Positions 8,700-18,055 of a stretch of 42,498 nt of DNA are shown here, one piece after another. Below the pieces are notes generated by a model. That model did no database searches, was not told the DNA's origin, and saw nothing but the letters and a program-made list of their open reading frames with translations. Position numbers and translations under genes: made by a program. Where the stretch lies: positions 1-42,498 of the forward strand of contig JBBQRQ010000041.1 in NCBI GenBank assembly GCA_038214755.1, in the 5' to 3' direction. The stretch is from Verrucomicrobiota bacterium (GTDB lineage: Bacteria; Verrucomicrobiota; Verrucomicrobiia; Limisphaerales; CANJXF01). Numbering within the stretch: position 1 is the stretch's first letter; each line of letters begins with the position of its first letter.

Positions 8700-10634
8700 A
8701 TGACGACCAAACTTTTTTCTGAACTCGGCCTCTCTCCGGAAATCCTTAAAGCCATCGACAAATTAGGCTTCGAGCAAGCCGCGCCTATTCAAGCGGAAGC
8801 GATCCCAGTCTTGATGGCCGGACGCGATGTCGTTGGTCAGTCGCAGACCGGTTCCGGCAAGACCGCCGCCTTCGCCATCCCCGCCATCGAAAAAGTCGAT
8901 CCGCAAAAACGGGTCGTGCAAATCTTGATTCTTTGTCCGACGCGCGAACTCGCCGTCCAGGTTTCCGAAGAAGTTCACAAGCTCGCCCTTTTCAAACGCG
9001 GCATCAATGCGTTGCCGATTTACGGCGGGCAATCCTACGAGCGGCAATTTTTTGGGTTGAGGCAAGGCGCGCAAATCGTCATCGGCACGCCGGGGCGCGT
9101 GATGGACCACATGCGCCGCGGCACGTTGCGACTCGAAACGGTGAAGATGGTGATTCTCGATGAGGTCGATGTGATGTTGAACATGGGTTTTCGCGATGAC
9201 ATCGAAGTGATTCTTCAAGCGGTTCCCAAGGAGCGGCAAACGGTTTTCTTTTCTGCGACCATTCCCCGGCCGATTCAGGATTTGATTTCAAAATACGCGC
9301 GCGATCCGCAACAGATTCGCATGGAGCAAAAGGCGATGACGGTTCCGACCGTGGAGCAGGTTTATTACGAGGTGGATCGCCGTTTCAAAATCGAATTGCT
9401 TACGCGGCTGATTGATATACACGACTACAAACTTGGAATTATTTTCTGCAACACCAAACGGATGGTGGACGATCTGGTCGATCACTTGAATGCACAGGGT
9501 TATTCCGCCGACCGTTTGCATGGCGACATGAGCCAGGGAATGCGCGATCGCGTCATGGGAAAATTTCGCAAATCCGGTTTGGAATTTCTGGTCGCGACCG
9601 ACGTGGCGGCGCGCGGGATCGACGTCGATGATGTGCAGGTGGTTTTCAATTACGACTTGCCGTATGACCCGGAAGATTATGTGCATCGCATCGGCCGCAC
9701 CGGACGCGCGGGTCGCAGTGGGCGCGCTATTTCTTTCGTCGCGGGTCGCGAACTTTTTCAAATCCAAACTATCGAGCGCTTCACGAAGACCAAAATTCAA
9801 CGCGGCAAAGCGCCGACGGCCGGTGAAGTGGTGGAAGCGCGTGCGAATGTTTTTATGGAGAAACTTCGGGCGACATTGCAAAGCGGAGAGTTCAAACGGC
9901 AGGACCATGTGATCGAGCGTTTGCTCGAAGAAGGTTTCGCCTCGACAGATATTGCCTCGGCGTTGATTCATCATTTGCAAAGTGGAGAAGCGAATGCGCC
10001 CGCCAAGGCAACTTACGAGGAAGAACGCCGCCCTGCTGACCGCCCGCCTTTCCGTAATGAGCGCTCCTCCCGCGATGAACGAAGCGGTGAGCGACGCTCT
10101 GGAAATGAAACGCGTTTTCAACAACGCGACACTTCTCTTCGCGAGAAGATTGGCCCGAAACATTTGTCCGAAGTTTCGCGCAAGCCGTGGGTCACCGCCG
10201 ACGCGCCGGTCGAAACGCCGTTGAAATCTTCCGCGCCACCGACTCCAAAGCTGTCCGTTAACGTCGAAAAATTTTCACCTGCTCCAATGGCTGCTGCCTC
10301 TCGGCGCGGCCCCTTTGCGCGACCTGCTTCTGCGCCGCCGCGTCGTGTGATTTCCCAGCCTGTTCCAGTGACTGCGCCCAAAATCAGTCGCCGCACGCCG
10401 GACGATCAAACCCGTCTTTACATCAACGTCGGTGACGAAATGGGAGTGAAACCCGGCGATGTGGTTGGAGCGATTTTAGGGGAAACGGGATTGCCCAATC
10501 ACGTCGTCGGTTCCGTCGATATTCGCGAGCGTCATCTATTCGTGGATGTTTCCGCTGAACACGCTAATGCGATTATCGCGAAGCTCAATCGTGCTCGTTT
10601 CAAAGGGCAAAAATTGAAAGTGAAAGTGGCTTGA
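8700..10634 (+). CDS. deaD: DEAD-box RNA helicase (DeaD/CsdA-like) with C-terminal DbpA RNA-binding domain
   Basis: Q motif, QTGSGKT, PTRELA, GTPGR, DEVD, SAT, ARGID, HRIGRTGRAG; C-terminal LYINVG...GDVVGAI. Confidence 0.92.
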   Translation: MTTKLFSELGLSPEILKAIDKLGFEQAAPIQAEAIPVLMAGRDVVGQSQTGSGKTAAFAIPAIEKVDPQKRVVQILILCPTRELAVQVSEEVHKLALFKRGINALPIYGGQSYERQFFGLRQGAQIVIGTPGRVMDHMRRGTLRLETVKMVILDEVDVMLNMGFRDDIEVILQAVPKERQTVFFSATIPRPIQDLISKYARDPQQIRMEQKAMTVPTVEQVYYEVDRRFKIELLTRLIDIHDYKLGIIFCNTKRMVDDLVDHLNAQGYSADRLHGDMSQGMRDRVMGKFRKSGLEFLVATDVAARGIDVDDVQVVFNYDLPYDPEDYVHRIGRTGRAGRSGRAISFVAGRELFQIQTIERFTKTKIQRGKAPTAGEVVEARANVFMEKLRATLQSGEFKRQDHVIERLLEEGFASTDIASALIHHLQSGEANAPAKATYEEERRPADRPPFRNERSSRDERSGERRSGNETRFQQRDTSLREKIGPKHLSEVSRKPWVTADAPVETPLKSSAPPTPKLSVNVEKFSPAPMAAASRRGPFARPASAPPRRVISQPVPVTAPKISRRTPDDQTRLYINVGDEMGVKPGDVVGAILGETGLPNHVVGSVDIRERHLFVDVSAEHANAIIAKLNRARFKGQKLKVKVA

Positions 10635-10660
10635 TGGTTCCTGCGAAGAGCGCGGCGTTT

Positions 10661-10860
10661 AAGAGCGTGTGTAAAAAAATAAATCGGTAGCACAGGCCAC
10701 TAACCTGTGCCGTTCGGCGACCCGCCGGACGGAATGAGTGAAGCGCAATGTGTTAATTCCCTCCGGTGATACATTTCGCGTCGCCTCTCTTCCGGTCGGC
10801 GGGGGTCGCCGACCGGAACGGGCGAGTCGCCCGTTCCACCCAATTTTTCGCACCGGCTCT
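10661..10860. mobile_element. MITE-like element with internal REP palindromes
   Basis: Terminal IRs AGAGCGTGTGTAAAAA / TTTTTCGCACCGGCTCT; internal GTAGCACAGGCCACTAACCTGTG and ACGGGCGAGTCGCCCGT hairpins. Confidence 0.72.
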
Positions 10861-10941
10861 TTCCCGCCGCGCTCCTCTCCTGCTGCATGGCGCTCGCGAC
10901 CTGCCGCGCCGTCTGTTACGCCACCCGAACGAGGAGCAAAG

Positions 10942-12243
10942 TTAGGCGTGAATCGTGTCTGTTTTCAAATACGGCTGGAGCGGCACGGGAATTTTCACGC
11001 TACCATCCGCCTGCTGATGCGTCTCAATTAACGCCACAAATAATCGCGCCAGCGCCGTCCCGCTGCCGTTTAAGATGTGCGGAAATTTATTTTCGCCGGA
11101 ATCAGTTTTGAAACGCGTCCCCATTCGTCGCGATTGAAAATCTTCGCAGTTCGAGCAACTCGAAACTTCGAGATAACTTCCCTGTCCCGGCGCCCAAACT
11201 TCGATGTCATACGTTTTCGCGCTGGCAAAACCCATGTCGCTGGTGCAAAGCAAAATCACTTGGTAATGAAGGTTGAGCAGTTGCAAAACCTTCTCCGCGT
11301 GCGCGACCATTTTCTCCAATTCATCGTAGCTGTTTTCCGGCTTCACGATTTTAATCAACTCCACTTTGTCGAATTGATGGACACGAATCATCCCGCGCGT
11401 GCCGAGACCCGCCGCGCCCGCCTCGCCGCGAAAGCACGGGCTGTAAGCGCAATATTTTATCGGCAACTCTTTCTCGGATAAAATTTCTTCGCGGTGAATG
11501 TTGGCGACCGGCGTTTCCGCGGTAGGAATCAAATAAAGTTTTCCGAGTTCGTTTCGATCATCGCCGACCGCCACGCCGTAATATTGGTCTTTGAATTTCG
11601 GAAATTGCCCGACGCCTTCCAGGCACTGCGGCCCGACGACGAATGGTGGTGAAACTTCGGTGTAGCCATGCTCGGTCGTGTGAAGATCGAGGAGAAATTG
11701 AATCAAAGCCCGTTCCAATCGCGCGCCCCAATTGGTGTAGAGCAGAAAACCGCTGCCGGAAAGTTTCACCGCGCGCGAGAAATCAATCAGCTTCAACTGC
11801 TCGCTAATTTCGACATGCGACTTCGGCTGGAACGCGAAATTGGGTTTCTCTCCATGACTGCGAACGAACGGATTTTCCTCCGCCGATTTGCCAACCGGAA
11901 CACTTTCATGCGGCAGGTTCGGCAACTTCAGCATGTAGGACTTTAGAACCGATTCAACCTCCGCAACTTGCTGATCGAGTTCCACAATGCGATCTCCGAT
12001 TTCGTGCGTCTCCTTTTTTTTCGCCTCGGCTTCGTCGATTTTTTTCTGCCCCATCAATGCGCCGATTTCTTTGGAAACTTTATTGCGCAACGCCTTCAAC
12101 TGCTCCACTGCGGTCAGCCATTTGCGTCGCTGTTCATCGAGCGAAAGAATTTCGTCCACGAATTTCTCATCACCGCCGTGACGCGAGGCGAGGCGTTGGC
12201 GCACCAGATCGGTTTGTTCGCGAATCAACTTCATGTCGAGCAT
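10942..12243 (-). CDS. serS: serine--tRNA ligase
   Basis: MLDMKLIRE, LPNLP, LIPTAE, CFRGEAG, GMIRVHQFDKVE, EVSSCSNC, LNGSG. Confidence 0.98.
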   Translation of the reverse strand: MLDMKLIREQTDLVRQRLASRHGGDEKFVDEILSLDEQRRKWLTAVEQLKALRNKVSKEIGALMGQKKIDEAEAKKKETHEIGDRIVELDQQVAEVESVLKSYMLKLPNLPHESVPVGKSAEENPFVRSHGEKPNFAFQPKSHVEISEQLKLIDFSRAVKLSGSGFLLYTNWGARLERALIQFLLDLHTTEHGYTEVSPPFVVGPQCLEGVGQFPKFKDQYYGVAVGDDRNELGKLYLIPTAETPVANIHREEILSEKELPIKYCAYSPCFRGEAGAAGLGTRGMIRVHQFDKVELIKIVKPENSYDELEKMVAHAEKVLQLLNLHYQVILLCTSDMGFASAKTYDIEVWAPGQGSYLEVSSCSNCEDFQSRRMGTRFKTDSGENKFPHILNGSGTALARLFVALIETHQQADGSVKIPVPLQPYLKTDTIHA

Positions 12244-12301
12244 CGACGGATTATAGGAATGCGACTTTGCGCGGCAACGACTTTAAGAAAAGAGTTTCCA
12301 A
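12118..12301. repeat. serS 5' end plus promoter, native copy of a three-copy direct repeat
   Basis: 12118-12284 matches 14097-14263 (2 mismatches in 167 nt by eye); 12210-12301 matches 13050-13141. Confidence 0.95.
12250..12277 (-). promoter_or_regulatory. putative sigma70 promoter of serS, leaderless arrangement
   Basis: TTGCCG-N16-TATAAT-N6-ATG on the minus strand. Confidence 0.7.
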
Positions 12302-12446
12302 ATACGGCACGCGTGGGAAATCAGCAAATCGTTTGGCTGCACGAGCATTATCCCCGCGAATTGCCCAATAGTTGGCTGGAATTTTAAGAAGGTTTTGCCG
12401 AAGCTTTATCGTTGCGCGACGCCCTTTGCATTCCTACTTTTTCAAT

Positions 12447-12677
12447 ATGAGTAATGTTACAGTTTCCCTCCCTGACGCTTTGGATGCGCAGATTGAAAAC
12501 CGATTCAAAGTGGGCGGCTTTCGCTCGAAGGAAGAATATTTGCTGGCGTTGGCGCGCGCGGATTGCGAACAGTCCGAACTCGAAATGGTCTTGGAAGAAC
12601 GACTCCAAGGCCCGTTCTCGCCGCTTGAGCCTGATTGGAAAGAACGCGTCCGTAAAGCAGCCAAAGATCGTGACTGA
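12447..12677 (+). CDS. ribbon-helix-helix antitoxin (ParD-like)
   Basis: VTVSLPDALDAQIE...GGFRSKEEYL; overlaps the downstream toxin. Confidence 0.8.
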   Translation: MSNVTVSLPDALDAQIENRFKVGGFRSKEEYLLALARADCEQSELEMVLEERLQGPFSPLEPDWKERVRKAAKDRD

Positions 12678-13002
12678 AAAACGAATCGAACGTCATTTGT
12701 CCGTCATGGAGGATGATCTTCCGGGAATCTATGCATTCATCGCAAAAGACAATCCCGCCGCGGCCGAACGAGTCCTCGACGCAGTGGAAGAAACATTTCT
12801 GCAAATTGCGCGGCATCCCGAGTGCGGAATGTTTTTCCGAACGCGCAAGGCAAAGCAGCAAGGACTGAGAATGTTTCCCGTGAGCCGGTTTCAAAACTAT
12901 CTCGTGTTTTACCGCGATGAAAAAGAAAGTGTGCGCGTTCTCTATGTGGTCCACGGCGCGAGGCATTTGCTCCGTTTATTTCAACACGAGCCGCGCACAT
13001 AA
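12670..13002 (+). CDS. ParE/RelE family toxin
   Basis: DLPGIYAFIAKDNPAAAER, HPECG, NYLVFYR, VRVLYVVHGAR. Confidence 0.88.
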   Translation: MTEKRIERHLSVMEDDLPGIYAFIAKDNPAAAERVLDAVEETFLQIARHPECGMFFRTRKAKQQGLRMFPVSRFQNYLVFYRDEKESVRVLYVVHGARHLLRLFQHEPRT

Positions 13003-13049
13003 GAAATAGAAAAAATTTTAAAGCAAAAGCACGTCGATTTTGTTATCTG

Positions 13050-13141
13050 CGGTTTGTTCGCGGATCAACTTTATGTCGAGCATCGGCGCAGTATAGGAAT
13101 GAGCTTTGGCGGGGCAACGAATTTAAGGATAGAGTTTCCAA
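13050..13141. repeat. diverged copy of serS 5' end plus promoter
   Basis: Offset 840 from 12210-12301, about 13 mismatches in 90 nt; keeps TTGCCC-N16-TATACT-N6-ATG. Confidence 0.9.
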
Positions 13142-13236
13142 CTACTCCCGCTGGAAATTCGCTGCGAATGAGTATTGAACTTCGCGCTGAAAAGCGGTTG
13201 CTTGCCTGAAACAGTTCTCAATGCATAATTAGTCCC

Positions 13237-13434
13237 GTGAGCGCACAGCAATTCATTGCAGGGTTCAAAGAACTATCGCCAACCCAACGCGCACAAGTCG
13301 CCAAGTTCATTGTGGAAAACGATGACTCCTGGATTCCTGATGAATTTAAGGACGCCATGAAAGATTTGGACGCCGGGCGGTTGGTCGATATGGAAACCGC
13401 TTTATTTGAAACGCCGCCGCCACGTCTGCGATGA
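13237..13434 (+). CDS. putative antitoxin
   Basis: 65-aa acidic protein with ATGA overlap to a RelE-like toxin. Confidence 0.75.
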   Translation: MSAQQFIAGFKELSPTQRAQVAKFIVENDDSWIPDEFKDAMKDLDAGRLVDMETALFETPPPRLR

Positions 13435-13706
13435 AATATCGCTACCGCGCCGTTGAACGATTCTGGACCAGCTTCTATCGTCTTTCTTCCGCTCAAAAAG
13501 AATCCGCGCGCAAAGCCTGGAAAATTTTCAAGGAAAACCCTTTTGATCCTCGTTTGCGGTCGCATAAAATCGAACGTCTTTCCGCCAGCTATGGGCGCAC
13601 GATTTACGCCGTCGAAATTGAAGGCGATTTGCGTTCGACGTTTTGTTTGGACGGCGACACCGTGGTTTCGTTGATTATCGGCACGCATGATATTTACAAG
13701 GGTTGA
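13431..13706 (+). CDS. RelE/StbE-like mRNA interferase toxin
   Basis: FWTSFYRL...FKENPFDPRLRSHKI...DLR...IGTHDIY. Confidence 0.85.
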   Translation: MKYRYRAVERFWTSFYRLSSAQKESARKAWKIFKENPFDPRLRSHKIERLSASYGRTIYAVEIEGDLRSTFCLDGDTVVSLIIGTHDIYKG

Positions 13707-13759
13707 CTTTCTGGGGCCGAACACGTTCTTGGCGCAACTGAAGAAACGAACAGATTCCC

Positions 13760-13951
13760 CGGCATCCCGAGTGCGGAATGATTTATTGCACACGCAACTC
13801 GATGCGGCAAAGGTTGAAAATGTTGCCCGTGAGTGGGTTTCGCAACTACCTCGTATTTTAGCGCGATGACGAAGAAAGTATCCGCGTTCTTTATGTTGTT
13901 CATGGCGCCAGGCATCTGCTCCGTTTGTTCCGACACGAGCCGCGCACGTAA
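13760..13951 (+). pseudogene. degenerate copy of the 3' two-thirds of the ParE toxin at 12670-13002
   Basis: Collinear with 12811-13002; in-frame TAG in place of TAC; no 5' part. Confidence 0.88.
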
Positions 13952-14093
13952 TCTGGCAACGCAGGGCTGAAGCGGGCTGAAATTTCGAGCGACTTTCAAT
14001 CTGTCATTGCGACTTTCAACCAAGCCGTGATTGCTTCACGGTCCTTTACCGCAAAGACGTCGAAAGCTTCTCCGCATTCTTTTTCCAGTTTCT

Positions 14094-14263
14094 TTACCAT
14101 TTGCGTCGCTGTTCATCGAGCGAAAGAATTTCGTCCACGAATTTCTCATCACCGCCGTGACGCGAGGCGAGGCGCTGGCGCACCAGATCGGTTTGTTCGC
14201 GAATCAACTTCATGTCGAGCATCGACGGATTATAGGAATGCGACTTTGTGCGGCAACGACTTT
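14094..14263 (-). pseudogene. duplicated serS 5' fragment (42 codons then TAA) with promoter
   Basis: ATG at 14222 gives MLDMKLIREQ...RRKW then stop; near-identical to 12118-12284. Confidence 0.93.
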
Positions 14264-14456
14264 CACCGTCGAAGTTTTAGTCTGGGGAGAAAAGCAGCGC
14301 CGAGAGGAAAGCTTTGCAAGCACGGGTGTTTTAGGAAAGGCAAGACCTGAAATGTATTTCTGGATTTTCGAACGTTCCTGGTTCGGTTCAGATTCCTTTC
14401 GGATTTCGGGTCAACTAGATATTGAAATTGATTTTCTCACCACGCACTCTTTCTTC

Positions 14457-14978
14457 ATGAAATTTCGCGCAGTTTGCGCCGCGATCTTCGCTGGATTCTT
14501 CCTTGCTGGATGTGGGAAGCCCGACGCGGCTTCGGCCCCTTTAACCGCTTCCGCTCCGCCATTGCCGACGCAAGCCCAACCGAAATTGCGCACGACAAAA
14601 CTTTGGATTGGCCCGGAGGAACTGGTCGTCGAGGTCGCGGAAACCGCAATTCAACAACAAACCGGCATGATGTTCCGCACCAACATCCCGGAAGACGTGG
14701 GAATGATTTTCATTCTGCCGTCTCCGCAACGCGCCGCGTTCTGGATGAAGAATTGTCCCGAATCGCTTTCCGCCGCCTACATCAGCCCGGATGGAGTGAT
14801 CCAGGAAATCCACCATTTGGAAAAGCACGACACCAATTCCGTCGTCGCCGCCAGTGACAACATTCAATTCGTTTTGGAAACAAAAGAGGGCTGGTTCCAG
14901 CGGCACAACATCAGCACCGGCGTCGTCGTGCGCACGGAGTTTGGCTCGTTGGAAAAAACATTTTTGCAAAGAAGATAG
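14457..14978 (+). CDS. DUF192 domain lipoprotein
   Basis: Lipobox FLAGC; VEVAET...GMMFR, GMIF, FWMKN, FVLE. Confidence 0.9.
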   Translation: MKFRAVCAAIFAGFFLAGCGKPDAASAPLTASAPPLPTQAQPKLRTTKLWIGPEELVVEVAETAIQQQTGMMFRTNIPEDVGMIFILPSPQRAAFWMKNCPESLSAAYISPDGVIQEIHHLEKHDTNSVVAASDNIQFVLETKEGWFQRHNISTGVVVRTEFGSLEKTFLQRR

Positions 14979-14980
14979 AA

Positions 14981-15118
14981 TGACGGCCAAAATAAATTTC
15001 CGAAAAGGCGGCTCGCCCACGGGACGCCGAACTCCGGCTCGGCTCGCGGCCGCCCAGCGTTCGGCCGGCTGCCGATTCGGAAATCGGCGTTCCCACCGGG
15101 AAATTTATTTGGGCAACC
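14981..15118. mobile_element. MITE-like element with REP core
   Basis: Terminal IRs GGCCAAAATAAATTTCC / GGAAATTTATTTGGGC; core GGGACGCCGA...TCGGCGTTCCC. Confidence 0.7.
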
Positions 15119-15137
15119 GATGGAACCCAATGGCCCG

Positions 15138-16775
15138 ATGAAAATTGCTCTCGCGCAAATCAACACGACGGTGGGTGACCTCGGCGGGAACGAATCGAAA
15201 ATTTTGGCGTCCTATCAACGTGGGGTCGATGCCGGCGCAGAAATAGTGGTCATGCCCGAACTCACCACCACGGGTTACCCACCGCGCGATCTGCTCCTGA
15301 AAAAAGAATTCGTTGCGCAAAATCTCGCGGCGCTAAATCGACTTGCCGCGGCCACTGGAAAAACTGCGTTGCTCGTCGGGCACGTTGGAGAAAATAATTC
15401 TCGCCCTGGCCGCAGCCTCACCAACAACGCCGCGCTTCTGCGCCATGGAAAAATTATCGCGACTCGCACCAAAACTCTTTTGCCCACTTACGATGTGTTT
15501 GATGAAGACCGTTATTTCCAACCGGCGGAGAAAAATTCGCCCGTCGATTTTGACGGAAAAAAACTCGGCCTGACCGTTTGCGAAGACATTTGGAATGACG
15601 AAGATTTCTGGCCGGAACGCCGTTATCGCAGTAATCCGCCGATGGAATTGAGCAACGAGGGAGCCAAAATACTTTTCAACATTTCGGCGTCCCCGTGGGC
15701 AGCCGGCAAAGAAAAAGTTCGACACGAGATGTTGTCGAGCCTCGCGCGAAAAGCCGGAACACCGATCGTCTTTTGCAATTTGATCGGAGGAAATGACGAA
15801 TTGATTTTCGACGGCAACAGCTTGGTTTTTAATTCCACCGGCCAACTCATCGCGCAGGCAGAATTGTTTGCCGAAGATTTTTTAGTGGTCGATACCGAGT
15901 CGTCCACAGCCGTGTCGCCGGACACGACTTCCGACGTGGAGAAAGTTTACCGCGCGCTCGTGCTGGGCTTGCGCGACTACTTGCAAAAATGCGGATTCAA
16001 ATCGGCGGTGCTCGGCGTGAGCGGCGGAATTGATTCTGCCGTGGTCGCTTGCCTGGCGGCTGACGCATTGGGAAAACAAAATGTGCGCGGCGTCTCGCTG
16101 CCGTCGGAATTTTCTTCGCAACACAGTTTGGATGACGCACGAATTTTAGCGGAGCGGCTTGGGATTGAGTACAACGTCATCCCCATTCAATCCGTTTTCG
16201 CCGCGACCAAACAGGCACTGAAACCGATCTTTGCGGGGCGCGCCGATGATACGACTGAGGAAAATATTCAAGCGCGACTGCGCGGCGTTTTGCTCATGGC
16301 GCTTTCGAATAAATTCGGTTCGCTGCTCCTCACCACGGGAAACAAAAGCGAACTGGGCGTCGGCTATTGCACACTTTACGGCGACATGTGCGGCGGGCTG
16401 GCCGTCATCAGCGACGTTCCAAAAACGATGGTTTATCAACTGGCAAAATGGATCAATCGCGAGCAGGAAATTATTCCCGTTTCATCCATCACCAAGGCGC
16501 CGTCGGCTGAATTGCGACGGGACCAGCGCGATCAGGATTTGTTGCCGCCGTATGAAATTCTCGATGCGATTTTGGATCAATATGTCGTCCACGGTCGTTC
16601 CGCCGGCGAAATAATTGAAAGGGGTTTTGAGGAAACTGTCGTGAAAAAAATTATTCGCTTGATCGATTTGAGCGAATACAAACGTCGTCAGGCCGCCCCC
16701 GGTTTGAAGGTCACGAGCAAAGCTTTTGGGGTGGGAAGGAGATTTCCGGTGGCGCAAAAATATCGCGACGCGTAA
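15138..16775 (+). CDS. nadE: glutamine-dependent NAD+ synthetase
   Basis: Nitrilase-type domain (ALAQIN, PEL, CEDIW) plus SGGIDS, ENIQAR, GNKSE, YGD, PSAEL, EYKRRQ. Confidence 0.97.
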   Translation: MKIALAQINTTVGDLGGNESKILASYQRGVDAGAEIVVMPELTTTGYPPRDLLLKKEFVAQNLAALNRLAAATGKTALLVGHVGENNSRPGRSLTNNAALLRHGKIIATRTKTLLPTYDVFDEDRYFQPAEKNSPVDFDGKKLGLTVCEDIWNDEDFWPERRYRSNPPMELSNEGAKILFNISASPWAAGKEKVRHEMLSSLARKAGTPIVFCNLIGGNDELIFDGNSLVFNSTGQLIAQAELFAEDFLVVDTESSTAVSPDTTSDVEKVYRALVLGLRDYLQKCGFKSAVLGVSGGIDSAVVACLAADALGKQNVRGVSLPSEFSSQHSLDDARILAERLGIEYNVIPIQSVFAATKQALKPIFAGRADDTTEENIQARLRGVLLMALSNKFGSLLLTTGNKSELGVGYCTLYGDMCGGLAVISDVPKTMVYQLAKWINREQEIIPVSSITKAPSAELRRDQRDQDLLPPYEILDAILDQYVVHGRSAGEIIERGFEETVVKKIIRLIDLSEYKRRQAAPGLKVTSKAFGVGRRFPVAQKYRDA

Positions 16776-16807
16776 ACGGACTTTAATTTTTTTGAAAAGG
16801 CTGTTTA

Positions 16808-17386
16808 ATGGCATCTATGATTGTCGAGGCTTTGCCTGAAACACCTGCGAAACGTCTTTGGACTTACGATGAAATGGTCGCCGAGTTGCCGGAGACCAAC
16901 CAACCCATTGAACTGTGGGACGGAGAACTTGTTATGTCGCCAACACCCACACCCAATCATCAAAGAATTGTTTTGCGTCTCACCGAAGAGTTAAACGCCT
17001 TTGTCCGCCGCGACCGTTTGGGCGAAGTTTTTATTAGTCCGCTGGACGTGATTTTATCGCCACATCGCGTCATCCAACCTGATGTTTTTTTCATTTCGAA
17101 CGCTAACAAGACTATCGTGCGAGATAGAGTGCGCGGTGTGCCCGATCTTGCGGTCGAAGTCATCTCGCCGGGGACGTGGAGGCGCGATCGGGTTGAAAAA
17201 AAGGCGCTCTACGAACAAGTTGGCGTAGCCGAATATTGGATTATCGATTCAGAGGCGCGCACGATTGAAGTGTTCGCACTGACGAAAGGGAGCTATCAGC
17301 TTCACTCTCGCGCAGAAGGAGCCGAGCTTGCGCAATCAAAACTTCTTGAGGGATTTTCCGTCGCATTCAGCCAGCTCGAAGTTTAA
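16808..17386 (+). CDS. Uma2 family putative endonuclease
   Basis: IELWDGELVM, HQ, QPDVFF, PDLAVEVISP, KKALY...GVAEYWIID. Confidence 0.92.
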   Translation: MASMIVEALPETPAKRLWTYDEMVAELPETNQPIELWDGELVMSPTPTPNHQRIVLRLTEELNAFVRRDRLGEVFISPLDVILSPHRVIQPDVFFISNANKTIVRDRVRGVPDLAVEVISPGTWRRDRVEKKALYEQVGVAEYWIIDSEARTIEVFALTKGSYQLHSRAEGAELAQSKLLEGFSVAFSQLEV

Positions 17387-17401
17387 GAAAGGACGCGGAA
17401 T

Positions 17402-17968
17402 TTATTTTTGGAAAATTTGCGCGGCGCGCAGGCGCAGGCCGGGAAGCAGTGGCGATTTAAAAACCGATTTCGAGTCGTGAGTCGCCGCAGGTGTTTCGCC
17501 ATCGCGAGCTAAATCATAGACCTGAATATTTTTCGCGTCAGGATCCACCACCCATAACTCCTTCACGCCGGTGCGCGCATAAATTTTTCGCTTGGAACCT
17601 TTGTCATATCGCGCTGTGCTCGGTGAAAGAATTTCCACCACGAGATCGGGCGGGCCTTCCGTGCCTTGATCAGTTAGAATTGATTTGTTCTCGTTTGAGA
17701 CGAAAACCACATCCGGTTGGTAAACGTTCACTTCGCTTAAATAAACATCGAGCGGAGAATAATAGATTTCTCCAATCGGATGTTTTTCCAAATAACTTCC
17801 GACCAGCAGAACGATGTTCCGCGAGATAACCTGGTGATACCGCAATGGCGATGGTGACATGACGAGGTCTCCTTCAATAAGTTGATAGTGCGGCGGGCCT
17901 TCCGGCAATTCGCGATAATCGTGAACGGTGATGAGCGGCAGAACGGTGGTTGATGTGGCTCGCGACAT
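17402..17968 (-). CDS. Uma2 family putative endonuclease
   Basis: QLIEGDLVM, HQ, QPDVVF, PDLVVEILSP, KRKIY...GVKELWVVD. Confidence 0.92.
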   Translation of the reverse strand: MSRATSTTVLPLITVHDYRELPEGPPHYQLIEGDLVMSPSPLRYHQVISRNIVLLVGSYLEKHPIGEIYYSPLDVYLSEVNVYQPDVVFVSNENKSILTDQGTEGPPDLVVEILSPSTARYDKGSKRKIYARTGVKELWVVDPDAKNIQVYDLARDGETPAATHDSKSVFKSPLLPGLRLRAAQIFQK

Positions 17969-18055
17969 GCACTGACGCTAAACCGTTGAGAAAACACAGT
18001 CAAACTTCACAGACGAACTTTGCATTTCATTCTTCAGGATGGTTAATCTCCCGCG

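Noticed and set aside
12118..14263. Prophage or classical integrative element with attL/attR
   Set aside because: Only about 2 kb, with no integrase or phage genes and a third internal repeat copy. A deleted remnant of such an element cannot be fully excluded.
14031..14456. N-terminal extension of the DUF192 ORF (315 aa)
   Set aside because: The extension is the antisense of the duplicated serS fragment; the lipoprotein signal starts at ATG 14457.
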